DNA from: Octopus sinensis
Lineage: Eukaryota
Reading direction: 5' to 3'
Assembly (NCBI RefSeq): GCF_006345805.1
Contig: NW_021836665.1
Coordinates: 1 to 23,236 of the forward strand
Length of the DNA: 23,236 bases
Shown: one piece after another, positions 9,394-20,330 of the stretch
Numbering within the stretch: the first letter of the stretch is position 1
Layout of the letters: each line of letters opens with the position of its first letter
The notes under the pieces: generated by a model
Database searches by the model: none
Told to the model about the DNA's origin: nothing
What the model saw: the letters and a program-made list of their open reading frames with translations, nothing else
Program-made: the position numbers and the translations under genes

Positions 9394-9769
9394 ACTGCGT
9401 TGAAAAATGAAGAAACCTGTTGGATAGAAAGGCTGCCCGTAGTTTCGAATCCTAAAAGCAGCGTTCGACTTTTTCTATCCAAGGGGATTGAACCGCAATA
9501 TTTGAGTAACCTATTTGAAGTTCATCCGTAAAGAAACCCCCCGCCAAAAAAAAAAAAGAAAAGAAAAGAAAAAGAAACCGAATTATTTTACGTTTCTCGA
9601 AGTTTCTAAATTCTCATGATTATACACACACACACACACACAGAGAATCACACACGTACACAAGCACACGTATTTGTATACAAACGCATGGTATTTGCAA
9701 TGTGATGTGTGTGAGAATGAGAATGTATATATTTTTTAAAGTCTACATGTTTGCGCGTGCACGGGTAAA

Positions 9770-10074
9770 TGCGTGTTAGTATGAATATGAACGGGCGTAT
9801 GTATATGCATACTTACATGTTAATATGAATGTATGCATGTGTGCGTGCGTGCGTTGTGTGCATATGTAAATTTGAATATCCGCGGATATGTGTACGTGCA
9901 TGTATATGTAAATGAGAATGTATATATATATATCTGTGTGTGTTAGTGTCTGCCGGTTTATACGTGTCTCTTTGTGTGTTTGCGTACGTGCGTGTGTGTA
10001 TGTGTTAGCTTGTGCGGGTTTGTGTGTGTGCGAGCATATTACAGTATGTGTGTGAGTAAATGTGAATATATATA

Positions 10075-10110
<36 letters not shown>

Positions 10111-10125
10111 TGTATATATGTATAT
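9770..10125. repeat. Degenerate TG/TA/(ATGT)n block
   Basis: Direct inspection. Confidence 0.82.
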
Positions 10126-10313
10126 ATTTTACGGAGATGTACTTGCATAGCAAGTGACCTGATTGCAGCGTGGAAGGTGTTTATAAGCCATTTAAAAAGA
10201 CACAAAAAACCGTTAGATTCACTTCAACAATCTAAATTATTTTGCCAAAATATTTTCGTCGCTTTGAGACCGCGAACTGTTCACGGAAAAAATTCTGTGC
10301 TGCATCATTCCGT

Positions 10314-10361
<48 letters not shown>

Positions 10362-10363
10362 AA

Positions 10364-10669
10364 GCACTCCGTCGGTTACGACGACGAGGGTTCCGGTTGA
10401 TCCGATCAACGGAACAGCCTGCTCGTGAATTAACGTGTAAGTGGCTGAGCACTCCACAGACACGTGCACCCTTAACGTAGTTCTCGGGGATATTCAGCGT
10501 GACACAGAGTGACAAGGCCGGCCCTTTGAAATACAGGTACAACAGAACAGGAAGTAAGAGTGAGAGAAAGTTGTGGTGAAAGAGTACAGCAGGGATCACC
10601 ACCATCCCTGCCGGAGCCTCGTGGAGCTTTAGGTGTTTTCGCTCAATAAACACTCACAACGCCCGGTCT
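10364..10669 (-). mobile_element. Family A SINE lacking most of the tRNA head
   Basis: Colinear with 180-492; stops at ACAACGCCCGGTCT. Flanked by (TA)n at 10318-10357. Confidence 0.92.
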
Positions 10670-10778
10670 ATATATATCAATGGACTCTCCTTTCGTTAGA
10701 TGACGTTTCAAGGTTTGACAATTTCTTGCCGAACAACCACAGATTATTTGCTTATAGTGATTAAATGTTTGTGTAGAT

Positions 10779-10982
10779 ATAAGCTCGCTCCCTCCATCAG
10801 ATCGACATTACCTGCACAGGTGCAACTGGGTGCCACATGTCAGATGACGAAATGATTGCAGAGCAGCGGGAAATGAAGTGCTCTGCTCAAAAGCATAACG
10901 CAACACCCGGTCTGGGAATCGAACGCACGATCTCGCAATCGTGAGTGCAACACCCTAATCACTAAGGCAATGTGTCTTCACA
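10779..10982 (-). mobile_element. tRNA-headed SINE variant with a different 3' region
   Basis: Minus strand head TTGCCTTAGTGATTAGGGTGTTGCACTCACGATTGCGAGATCGTGCGTTCGATTCCCAGACCGGG resembles the family A head, then TTTTGAGCAGAGCACTTCATTTC (core-like). The tail differs from family A. Confidence 0.65.
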
Positions 10983-11230
10983 TGTGCCTGTGTATGTATG
11001 TAAATGTGAATGTATGTAAATGTGAATGTATGTGCGTTAATATGTTTGTATGCGTGCTTGCGTGAGTGCGTACGTGCATATGAATGTAAATGAGTGTGTA
11101 TACGTGAATATATAGATTTGTGCGTGCTTCCTCGCGCGCCTGTGTGTGTACATGCGTGGGCGTGCGATTGCACGTGAGCGTGTGTACATGCATGCGTGTG
11201 CGTGTGTGTGCGTACGTGCGTGTGTTACGC
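10983..11230. repeat. Degenerate TG/TGCG block
   Basis: Direct inspection. Confidence 0.8.
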
Positions 11231-11509
11231 ATCAGTCCTTTGCTAATGGCTACAGCGATTTACTCAGCTTAATGGAATATTGCAAACATTTATGGCAGAG
11301 TAAGAATGAGGGAACGACTGTCTTAATGGAATGGACGTGACGTCAGCAGCGAAGCGAAAAATACCCACGCATTCATTCCCTTGGTATGTCCGGCCCAGGG
11401 AGGTAAAGAAAAACATCATTTCCCTTGGCCAGGTAACCATTACAAAATATATGTGACTAAGCAAGCTAATAATACGTGAAAGAGTCGGAAGTCTGGAGAG
11501 TGCCATGTG

Positions 11510-12112
11510 ACATACATACATACATACATACATACATACATACATACATACATAATACATACATACATACATGCATGCATGCATGCATTCATACATTCAT
11601 GCATATATACATACATTCAGACATACATACATACGTACATACATACGTACGTACATACGTACGTACGTATATACATACATACATACATACATACATACAT
11701 ACATACATACATACATACATCCATACATACATACATACATACATACATACATACATACATACGTACATACATTCAGACATACGTATATACATACGTACTT
11801 ACATTCATACATAGATTCATACATACAAATATATGTACATACATACATACATACATACATGCATGCATTCATACATTCATGCATATATACATACATTCAT
11901 ACATGCATACATATGTACATACATTCAGACAGACATACATACGTACATACATACGTACGTACATACGTATGTACGTATATATATATATATACATACATAC
12001 ATACATATATAAGTACATACATACATACATGCATACATACATACACATACACAATGCAGGCATATATACATACATACCTATATACATACACATATGTACA
12101 TGCATATATATA

Positions 12113-12168
<56 letters not shown>

Positions 12169-12259
12169 CATATATATGTATATGCATATATATTAACATA
12201 TTAATAAATACATACATGTATATATGTATGTATATATCTATCTATCTATCTGTCTATCA

Positions 12260-12293
<34 letters not shown>

Positions 12294-12294
12294 A

Positions 12295-12370
<76 letters not shown>
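11510..12370. repeat. Long (ACAT)n array grading into (TA)n/(TATC)n
   Basis: Direct inspection; source of the HTYI/MYVC ORFs. Confidence 0.96.
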
Positions 12371-12374
<4 letters not shown>

Positions 12375-12844
12375 TATAGTTGGGTTGGCAACATGTGGCA
12401 GGGGAAAACTTGCACGAGCAATTGATCACACTCACATTCACGCACGAACGCGTATCTATACTTTGCTTACAAACATACACAAGCAAACACACATACATAT
12501 ATACACGCAGCACATACACACATTCATACGTGCGCATGTACTTACACAGATGCATATATACACATACAGAAGCACACAGGAGCGTATTCATATAATGCAT
12601 ACATACATATGTCTGTTTATGTGTATGTATATGAGGATAATTTTATAATTTTGTTAAACTGAAGTATGTGTATATATATATGCACACAAATATATAAGCA
12701 TATGCATATAAACACATAAATATATGCATGTCCATCGCTCTCCACTCCTCCTTCCACGTGACCGGTGTTTGGCTCAGCCTGACCTTTTTTTTTGGTTCGA
12801 CTACCATCCGTGCAACATCTATATTCCTTCCCATACATGTAATC

Positions 12845-13176
12845 CCTTATGTCCCTGCCGTAAGGCCTCACTTCCACACACGCCAGCTTAATCTAATTTG
12901 TCCTTAGTCGAAAGACAGCTGTTGTTAATGTCCTGTCATTTACATTTGTATTTGTGTACCATTTCTCCGTTTTTTACAGTCCTTGTTTTCGTATACATTC
13001 GCTGCTTTCTTACAAGGAATCTAGTGCTTTTAGCTTAGATTTTCCTTGGGGCTGGCCAGATTGGAGCAATCTCGAGTATAACCATCCGACCTGCAAAGAT
13101 AATCTAGAACTCGACTGACGAAAGAAAACTTCGAATGACTCGTCCTTGTCTTTTCATGTTCCTGTTTGTATTCACT
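12845..13176 (+). mobile_element. Unclassified interspersed repeat, copy A (strand arbitrary)
   Basis: Reverse complement shares ordered blocks with 16658-17015: TCATTCGAAG, TCAGTCGA, GCTCCAA, GGCCAGCCCCAAG, CTAAGCT, TAGATT, AGCTGGCGT. Confidence 0.7.
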
Positions 13177-13189
13177 TTTATATGTATGC

Positions 13190-13262
13190 ATGCATGTATG
13201 TATATGTAGTATGTATGTATGTATGTATGTATGTATGTATGTATGTATGTATGTATGTATGT
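13190..13262. repeat. (ATGT)n microsatellite
   Basis: Direct inspection. Confidence 0.93.
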
Positions 13263-13263
13263 A

Positions 13264-13771
13264 TCTATATATATAAAACTGTAGTTGTGTGAGTGTCTGT
13301 CCCCTTCGATTTAGATTCCTAACTACTCCCACATTTTGCGGTGCAGTTTAACCAAATTCGGGTATCTTATAGTCGTGATTCATATCAAGCCCGTCTGCGT
13401 ATTAGCGCGCGTCTACAATGAGTCTACGATTTTAAAAATAATTTAACATCATTTTTTATTCCATTTTAATGCATAATTTTTCGTGTGTCGATGGCGGCGT
13501 AGTTGGCGTCCATGGTCACACCTACACCTGTTTGCTTCTCCCCTTCTTCCCTCCCTCGTGAAGCTGTGGGGAAGGGAGTGTAAGGAAATCAACGTCGTAA
13601 AGCGTTGTCAAGGAGACCAGCTTTCTTTTAGAACAACGACTTCATGGCTTGAAGACCACAACAGAAATGGCTAAGAAAGCCCGAATTGGCATCTATAAGG
13701 AAGTACTCTCCAAAAATGCTTATATAGTTATTTCCCTTACAAACCCGAGCAACGCCGGGCGATACTGCTAG
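13264..13771 (+). mobile_element. Non-autonomous Helitron, copy 2 (508 bp)
   Basis: A|TCTATATATATAAAACTGTAG...CCCGAGCAACGCCGGG (hairpin 13744-13759), 8 nt spacer, CTAG|T. Ends are homologous to 1006-1404. Confidence 0.87.
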
Positions 13772-14280
13772 TATATATATAAAACAAAGTGAAGTTGTAA
13801 GGTACCGCACGAGTGGAAATATATATGAAAGTAGGTTTGAAAATGCAATTTTAAAGATGTTTATTCGCTTGACCGGTTTAACTTTTTTGAAAAAAATTGT
13901 CAAAAGTAAAATGTAAAGCTTTGTAAAAGCTTTGTTGTGTTAAGTACTGGTCGTCACAAAATATTACAATACATATATACATTCTTTGATAATAATAAGA
14001 AAATATTAAAAACAGTTTACAAGGAAATATCTTGAGAAAATACTAAACAAAAAGTTCAATAAAAATATTAGTTCATTAGAATAATGTTTGTTTGGAAGTA
14101 TCTATATATATACACAGAAAAGTATTAGGAGTTCAAAAAAAGTCATATTTGGTAGTAAATATATACACAAAAGGAGATATATTTAGGAGTTTACAAATAA
14201 TTTGAGATAAACTGACCTGTTTTGGCATTTTTTATTTTGTGTGAAGCTATGGGTTGTTTGCTATTTTAATAACTTTTCTT

Positions 14281-14515
14281 ATCTTCATCGTCATTGTCGA
14301 CATCATCATCATATGGTGTATACAAATAGTTACATTCGGAATCAATATCGTTGATACCGAGTCAAAAACCACTTTCCTAACAGACCGGGTATCTTTCTTA
14401 ATATCCTTGCTGTTCTCAACAGAGCATTTTTCTGTATTAACGTGACTCTCGTAGTTACACCAATCGCAATAAGGAATCTACCAAGTCTATTAGAAATGAT
14501 ACCAAAAGGCGAATA
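14281..14515 (-). mobile_element. 3' remnant of an R4/Dong-like (RLE endonuclease) non-LTR retrotransposon
   Basis: Minus frame 14515-14342 gives YSPFGIISNRLGRFLIAIGVTTRVTLIQKNALLRTARILRKIPG..., matching the C-terminal QK-ALLGTARILR motif I recall for R4-clade ORFs. A short UTR and a (GAT)n-like tail follow. Confidence 0.75.
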
Positions 14516-14569
14516 TTACCAATTGTTTTCAGTATTGTAGATCCGCAGGGAATCTGGCGAAATTCGTTG

Positions 14570-14700
14570 TGTTACCTGTTCCGGCTCTATATATTTTGAG
14601 TTCGAATCCTACCGAGATAAACTTTGCCTATTGCGCTCCTAGGATCGATAAAATAATGGAGTAATCAAGTACTTGGATTAATTTCACCGAGTAACTTCTC
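14570..14700 (+). mobile_element. Old SINE fragment (separate family)
   Basis: B-box-like GAGTTCGAATCCT (14598-14610) followed by ACTTTGCC...GGATCGATAAAATA, a pattern I recall from mollusc/octopus SINEs. No second copy in the window. Confidence 0.5.
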
Positions 14701-14798
14701 CCATCTATGTCTAGATAGCGCGATGACGTCATCCATTTGGCTCCGAATGGCTTAAGATTGATCAGTACTAGACAGACCAGAGATGGGGATACTTGAAC

Positions 14799-15123
14799 TG
14801 GTACTCCGTCGGTTGCGACGACGAGGGTTCCAGTTGATCCGATCAACGGAACAGCCTGCTCGTGAAATTAACGTGCAAGTGGCTGAGTACTCCACAGACA
14901 CGTGTACTCTTAAAGTAGTTCTCAAGGTGATTCAGCGCGAGACAGAATGTGACAAGGCTGGACCCATTGAATTACAGGTACAACTCATTTTTGCCAGATG
15001 AGTAGATTGGAGCAACGTGAAATAAAGTGTCTTGCTCAAGGAAACAACACACCGCCGGGAATGGAACTCACGGTCTTACGATCGGGAGTCGGATACTCTA
15101 ACCATTAAGTCGCGTGACTTCAC
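14799..15123 (-). mobile_element. Family A-tail SINE with an alternative central domain
   Basis: Tail 14799-14984 matches 177-365. The centre on the minus strand is CCTTGAGCAAGACACTTTATTTCACGTTGCTCCA...GGCAAAAATGAG, preceded by a tRNA-like head ending at 15123. Confidence 0.9.
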
Positions 15124-15144
15124 AGAAATGGTTACAGGTCTGGA

Positions 15145-15611
15145 ATAAATGAATAAAAGAATCAATAAATGAATGAAAAATGAACGAATGAATAAACGAA
15201 CGAACGAATGAATAAACGGATGAGTGAATGAATGAATAAACGAACAAATGAATAAATAAATGAGTAAATGAATGAATAAACGAATGAATGAGTGTATGAA
15301 GGAATAAATAAATGAACGAATGAAAGAATAAATGAATGAATAAATGAATGATTAAATGAATGAATGAATAAATAAATGAATGAAGGAATAAACGAACGAA
15401 CGAATGAATGAATAAATGAATGAATGGATAAATGAACGAACGAACGAACGAATGAATGAATGAGTGTATGAATAAAGGAATGAATGAGTAAATGAATGAA
15501 TAAATGAATGAAAAATAAACGAATGAATAAATGATTGAATGAATGAGTGTATGAATGAGTGTATGAACGAACGAATGAATAAATAAATAAATGAACGAAT
15601 GAATAAATAGA

Positions 15612-15654
<43 letters not shown>

Positions 15655-15657
15655 ATA
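15145..15657. repeat. (ATGA)n/(ACGA)/(ATAA)n tetranucleotide array
   Basis: Direct inspection. Confidence 0.95.
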
Positions 15658-15964
15658 GGCACTATTGTATCGTCAAAGACTGGATGTTTCTTTTTATTCT
15701 GTTCGGTATCGAGTTATTGGTTGGCCATTTAGACATTTGTCAGCCATTTTCACGTCTCTTTCAGCTCAAACGTACAGCGAGGCCATTATTCACAAATGCT
15801 CCCAATAACAATGGAACTTGAACACAAACAGCGCAATGTTTGTGTTTAGGGCCATAAAAATGGTCAGAAGCGATTCTCGCCGTTTAGACATCGGCTGCTA
15901 TGGTTTTATACGAAAGTCTTTTGGTTTCACTCTTATTTCCCCACTTGCGAATCTTGTACACCGT

Positions 15965-15986
15965 GTGTATGCATGATTGTGTTGTG

Positions 15987-16065
<79 letters not shown>
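15965..16065. repeat. (GT)n microsatellite
   Basis: Direct inspection. Confidence 0.96.
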
Positions 16066-16067
<2 letters not shown>

Positions 16068-16310
16068 AATTATTAAGGTGGCTAGTCGCAATTTATAACC
16101 AAAGGCACAAGTACAAAAGTGAGTAGGGAGCAAGTTAGCAGCACCAGCATTGCTAGAAATAAGTGTCAAACAACTCTTTGCCACGGCCAAACATATACCT
16201 AATGACTGACAAGGGAGATAACCTCCCTATATATATGTGTGTGTATGTGTGTGTGTATATATATTATATATATATATGTATGTATGTATGTATATATATA
16301 TATATATGTT

Positions 16311-16490
16311 CTATTATTATTTGTTTCAGTCGTTTGACTGTGGCCATGCTGGAGCACTGCCTTTAGTCGAACAAATCGACCCCAGGACTTATTGTTTGTA
16401 AGTTTAGTACTTATACTATCGCACTCTTTTGCCGAACCGCCTAGGTTGGGGACGCAAACACCAACATCGGTTGTCAATACAAACAAAACA
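16311..16490 (-). mobile_element. 3' half of a family B SINE
   Basis: Reverse complement matches 2295-2485 (TTGACAACCGATGTTGGTG...GCAGTGCTCCAGCATGGCCACAGTCAAACGACTGAAACAA). Confidence 0.88.
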
Positions 16491-16506
16491 TATACATATA
16501 TATGTC

Positions 16507-16546
<40 letters not shown>

Positions 16547-16592
16547 TATATATTTTATATAAATATATATATATATATATATAATATATATA

Positions 16593-16632
<40 letters not shown>
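16491..16632. repeat. (TA)n microsatellite
   Basis: Direct inspection. Confidence 0.95.
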
Positions 16633-16634
<2 letters not shown>

Positions 16635-16657
16635 GAATGTTTTTATATATACTGAAC

Positions 16658-17015
16658 GTGAAATACAGGAAGGGACGAACACGGAACACAGACAAATCAT
16701 TCGAAGCCTTCAATCTTCAGTCGACACCGAATCATCATAGCAAATTTCGGCTGTTCAATCTGATATTTGCTCCAACTCGCGGCCAGCCCCAAGAAAAAAA
16801 ACTAAGCTGTAAGCATTAGATTTCTTGGTAGAAGACAGGAATGTGAACGCACAAGACGGATGTGAATACAAGAGACGAAAACGAAATTGAAAACAGTAAT
16901 GATAAACAAAATATATATAACGGTGGTTGTCATACGACTTTAGACCAAATGAGACAAAAAAACAACAACAACATAGCTGGCGTAGAAATAATTACCGTTT
17001 CGGTAGCGGGGACAC
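16658..17015 (-). mobile_element. Unclassified interspersed repeat, copy B (inverted relative to 12845-13176)
   Basis: Shared ordered blocks with copy A, heavily diverged. Confidence 0.7.
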
Positions 17016-17481
17016 ATGTTGGTCGAGATACGAAGGCCAACAGATGGTTTAAGAAGCAGCAGGTCGCAGGAGAGAGAAAGAGAGACAGAGAGAGAGGGAA
17101 TCAAAGAGGGTGGAAGGCAGGGACAGAATCAATGACCAAGAGAAAAGGAGAAAGAAGGGATTAAGGAGGATGGAGGAAGAGGGAGGAGGATGGGAGGAAG
17201 AGAGGGGAAGAATGGAGGCCAAAAGTTTGGTGAAGAAGCAATGGCGGGTAGGAAATATATATATATATATATATAAGCTGGCGTACCAGGTAATTTCCGG
17301 GAAAGATGGGCTTATTATCCCTTGGTTCTGTTCCCATAATTGTTTCGCTAGTCTAATAACAACAATACAAAGTATGTAGCCTTTAAAACGCTTTTTGTGC
17401 ATTTACAGAGAATACCGAACTGTTTTACTCAGGATCTTGTTGATAGGAATTCTTAATAAGTTATGAATACCCAAATTGTGA

Positions 17482-17520
17482 AGTCAAATGAGTGAAACAA
17501 GTAAAAGAATAAAAGAATAA
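17482..17520 (+). mobile_element. Extreme 3' stub of a family B SINE
   Basis: AGTCAAATGAGTGAAACAAGTAAAAGAATAAAAGAATAA matches the family B terminus. Confidence 0.75.
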
Positions 17521-17782
17521 CGTAGCAGCGAGATTTGACTAGCATGCAATAACTGGAAGCCTTCCACTGATGATTTCCAGCAGAATGAAATCACGTGATA
17601 TAGGAATCCGGCGCACATCGCAGAAGATACTCGTCTGCTACGATCTACGTTTGTGCTTTTATGCACCAAGCGGCTAAAAGAGAGAATCTCTCGAGGTTAA
17701 TAATGTAGTATCCGATATTCTAACAAGACATCCATTTTAAGTTGGATATAAAGATTATCTTTCGGTACTAATATGCTTCCGT

Positions 17783-18311
<529 letters not shown>

Positions 18312-18445
18312 GCGAAAATTAATTTGTATATTTTTCTGTTCATTTCTTACCTGTCACAGTTTACTATTCATCCAGCCCACCCCCCCACTGTGAAATTACC
18401 TATTCCTTGAAAATAATCTCTCTCTCTCTCTCTTTCCCTCCATCC

Positions 18446-18476
<31 letters not shown>

Positions 18477-19424
18477 CCTCTCTCTCTCCGCATCTTTGCA
18501 GATATCAATTCTCTGCAAGTTCTTTCCCCCATTCTACTTTCCCTCTTTTACATTATTTGCGTGTAGGCCTGTATAATTTTATATATACCTTCTTTGTCTA
18601 TTCTTAATTTTCGCTCTACCTTCTCATTTATTTCCAGTCGTAATTAACTGAGTCCTCTCCACCTGCCTCTCATTTTATCTGACTGGGAGTTTATTATCAG
18701 CTTTTGTTTCCTTCTACAATTCCAATCCTTATTCTTTCCTTCCACCTTCATCACACATCTCCCGCACTACTTATGCCATCTCTCATTGACTTCTTTCCAT
18801 TCTCTTCGTGTCTACTCCTCAACATAACTCCAATACTCTATCCTGTCTTTCATTTATAATACTGTGTTGTCACTGAGGCAACTACAGTTTTGTATATTCC
18901 CTCTTAGAAGATTACGATTCCAAAACGGTAACTACTTTTATTTCACTACTCATCCAGTGAACTCGTCTACGCTCTCGTCTATGAAATCAAGACGTGGTAG
19001 TATTACAATTAAAACCCCGTCGATAAATGTATGGCAGATCAATAAGTGAAACTGCATTCAGCAAAGTTCAAAACTAAACAATCTTTATTTATTATAGTTC
19101 AATGAGAGTACAACAAACTAGAGCCAGCCTGCATTAAGGAAAGAAAAGACAAAGACAATATCATTAAAAAGACAATGGAATTCAGAAAACAATATGGTAA
19201 TAAAATAAAATAAAATACAACAAAATATTATCAATAAAAAGATTAACAATATATTAAACTAATCTTTGCTATTAATAGACAAAATTCATTTGTTAAAGAA
19301 TTTTAATGCAATAATTAATTGCTTGGCTTTCTTCGATACTTTTTGTTCTTATTGCGTGTGAATGGCATTTTTTTAATGATTTTGTGTATAGAACTACAAA
19401 TGTATTTACTATCTTAATCACCGT

Positions 19425-20330
19425 CGCAACAACAGAAACACACAACCCTCTAATGTCACTGAACACAACCGTTATGCAAAAATTACGTAAACCTCAATGC
19501 AGCTAACACCAATCGTTATAACAAATATATCTAATCCCCTAGTACCGTTAATAAATAATGGCAACAAATACACTTGATACCCCGCCCCACCTAATACTAC
19601 TAACAAATATCGTAAAACCAAATTCACCTAAGACCTTAATATCACTAACAACCATCGTTAAAGCAAACACACAAAATGTATTAAAACCAGTGGCGACCGT
19701 CCTTACAGCAAAACAAGTCAGGCCCCGCTGATTCCAGTAGCAATAATCGTCGCAACAATCACACATAATTCTCCTAACGTCATCGTTATGATAAACACAG
19801 TAATATCATAAAGTACTATTATTTCAAAAAGATAGCTTACTAATTTTACTAGTCATAATCATTACAACAAAGAAAATTATCCCATAATTATGCCCAAAAC
19901 ACTCAACTTCTTATAACAATGGCACTCCGTCGGTTACGACGACGAGGGTTCCAATTGATCCGATCAACGGAACAGCCTGCTCGTAAAATTAACGTGAAAG
20001 TGGCTGAGCATTCGTTATAACAATCAGACGTAACACCTTAATACCACTAACAGCCAACGTTATCATAAACATCTAAATGCTTAATACCTCGAACATCCAT
20101 TGTTATAACAAATACACCTCCAAAAGTACCACCGACAACTCTCATTATAACAAACGCTCCTGTCTAAACCATTAATTTCACTAACAAAACATCGTCATAA
20201 CTAACACGATCAATCCCCGACTAACACTAAAGCACAGTCATAACAAAGACACCAAAATCCTTTCCTAGCACTGTCTACAGTTATGATAACAAGTGCACAT
20301 GAACTCGTAACACTGCAAGCCTCCATCGAT
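19425..20330. repeat. Highly degenerate minisatellite, unit about 43-45 bp
   Basis: Anchor CGTTATAACAAA and variants recur at 19470, 19514, 19611, 19656, 19698, 19748, 19784, 20013, 20058, 20101, 20143, 20193, 20236 and 20279, usually preceded by a CCTTAATACCACTAACAAC-like block. Confidence 0.75.
19921..20010 (-). mobile_element. 5'-truncated family A tail (90 bp) with a putative TSD
   Basis: Matches 10364-10452. Flanks are TTCTTATAACAAT (19908-19920) and TTCGTTATAACAAT (20011-20024). Confidence 0.88.

Noticed and set aside
10237-10275. SRSQSDENILAK resembling the SDENIL in the 6846-6943 exon
   Set aside because: A six-residue match immediately followed by a stop, with no extended similarity; treated as coincidence.
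11476-12371. 229-266 aa HTYI/MHAC repeat ORFs
   Set aside because: Translations of (ACAT)n.
15765-15860. + strand acceptor TTCACGTCTCTTTCAG followed by a possible exon
   Set aside because: All three frames hit stops before a convincing donor.
17279-17344. Minus-strand 66-nt exon candidate with two open frames
   Set aside because: The donor GTACGC is weak, the frame is ambiguous and no homology is recognised.
18908-18927. 20-nt + strand micro-exon (CCCTCTTAG|...ACG|GTAACT)
   Set aside because: Such AG/GT pairs are common by chance and there are no partner exons on this strand.
19425-20330. CRISPR-like repeat-spacer interpretation of the minisatellite
   Set aside because: Repeats are highly degenerate, the 'spacers' are similar to each other, there are no cas genes and the context is eukaryotic.
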